From: Laetmonice hystrix
Lineage: Eukaryota
NCBI GenBank assembly: GCA_965235115.1
Contig: OZ249436.1
Span: forward strand, 4,342,001 to 4,406,000
Length of the DNA: 64,000 nt
Direction of reading: 5' to 3'
The number at the start of each line of letters is the position of its first letter. Position 1 is the stretch's first letter. The translations under genes were made by a program, and so were the position numbers. Shown piece by piece: positions 63,473 through 64,000 of the stretch. The notes beneath the pieces were generated by a model. The model saw only the letters and a list, made by a program, of their open reading frames with translations. It was not told the DNA's origin and did not search any database.

Positions 63473-64000
63473 CCCAGCCCGGGGATGGCCCAGCCCGGGC
63501 ATGCATGGCCCAGCCTGGGGATGGCCCAGCCCAGGCATGCATGGCTCAGCCTGGGGATGGCCCAGCCCAGGGATGGCCCAGTCCGGGCATGCATGGCCCA
63601 GCCTGGGGATGGCCCAGCCCAGGCATTGCCCAGCCCGGGCATGCATGGCCCAGCCTGGGGATGGCCCAGCCCGGGCATGGCCCAGCCCCGGCATGGCCCA
63701 GCCCAGGCATTGCCCAGCCCAGGCATGCATGGCCCAGCCCAGGCATGGCCCAGCCCGGGGATGGCCCTGCCCAGGCATAACCCAGCCCGGGGATGGCCCA
63801 GCCCGGGGATGGCCCTGCCCAGGCATGGCCCAGCCTGGGGATGGCCCTGCCCAGGCATGGCCCAGCCTGGGGATGGCCCTGCCCAGGCATGACCCAGCCC
63901 GGGGATGGCCCTGCCCAGGCATGGCCCAGCCCGGGGATGGCCCTGCCCAGGCATGGCCCAGCCCGGGGATGGCCCAGCCCAGGCATAACCCAGCCCGGGG
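63473..64000. repeat. GC-rich array of about 16-bp variants running off the window end
   Basis: atggcccagcccgggg, atggcccagcccaggc and atggccctgcccaggc variants. Confidence 0.94.

Noticed and set aside
63358..63986. Gly/Pro/Ala-rich ORFs (collagen- or elastin-like)
   Set aside because: A 16-bp repeat open in most frames with no Gly-X-Y register.

Overview
This is animal genomic DNA, not prokaryotic; a lophotrochozoan or molluscan origin is inferred from sequence style only. There is one clearly recognisable gene: an inward-rectifier K+ channel (Kir/KCNJ family) whose conserved coding region sits in one large exon at 58782-60251 (+). Candidate upstream promoters and 5' exons lie at about 30.7, 45.7, 56.0, 57.2 and 58.5 kb, and a splice donor lies 29 nt after the stop. 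About 45% of the window (about 29 kb, my rough sum) is made of about 37 mostly unrelated tandem arrays with 14-105 bp units; nearly all long ORFs in the track are artefacts of these. Several MITEs are present, including TTAA-flanked Kolobok-like elements, two of which are inverted copies bracketing the Kir exon. Between the arrays (about 1-16.4 kb, 33 kb, 39.7 kb, 43.2-44.7 kb, 62.6-63.4 kb) lie compact, decayed, protein-like ORF fragments of unknown origin, possibly relics of a large DNA transposon or endogenous virus. Most notable observations: a possible two-exon gene for a signal peptide plus Gln/Glu repeat that the ORF track missed; a phase-symmetric Kir exon with a leaky TGA-C stop, flanked by inverted MITEs; a perfect 55-bp-arm palindrome beside CTCF-like sites; arrays that multiply transcription-factor motifs; and an IS1595/Merlin-like motif revealed by removing a MITE. 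No CRISPR array, rRNA or tRNA was seen.
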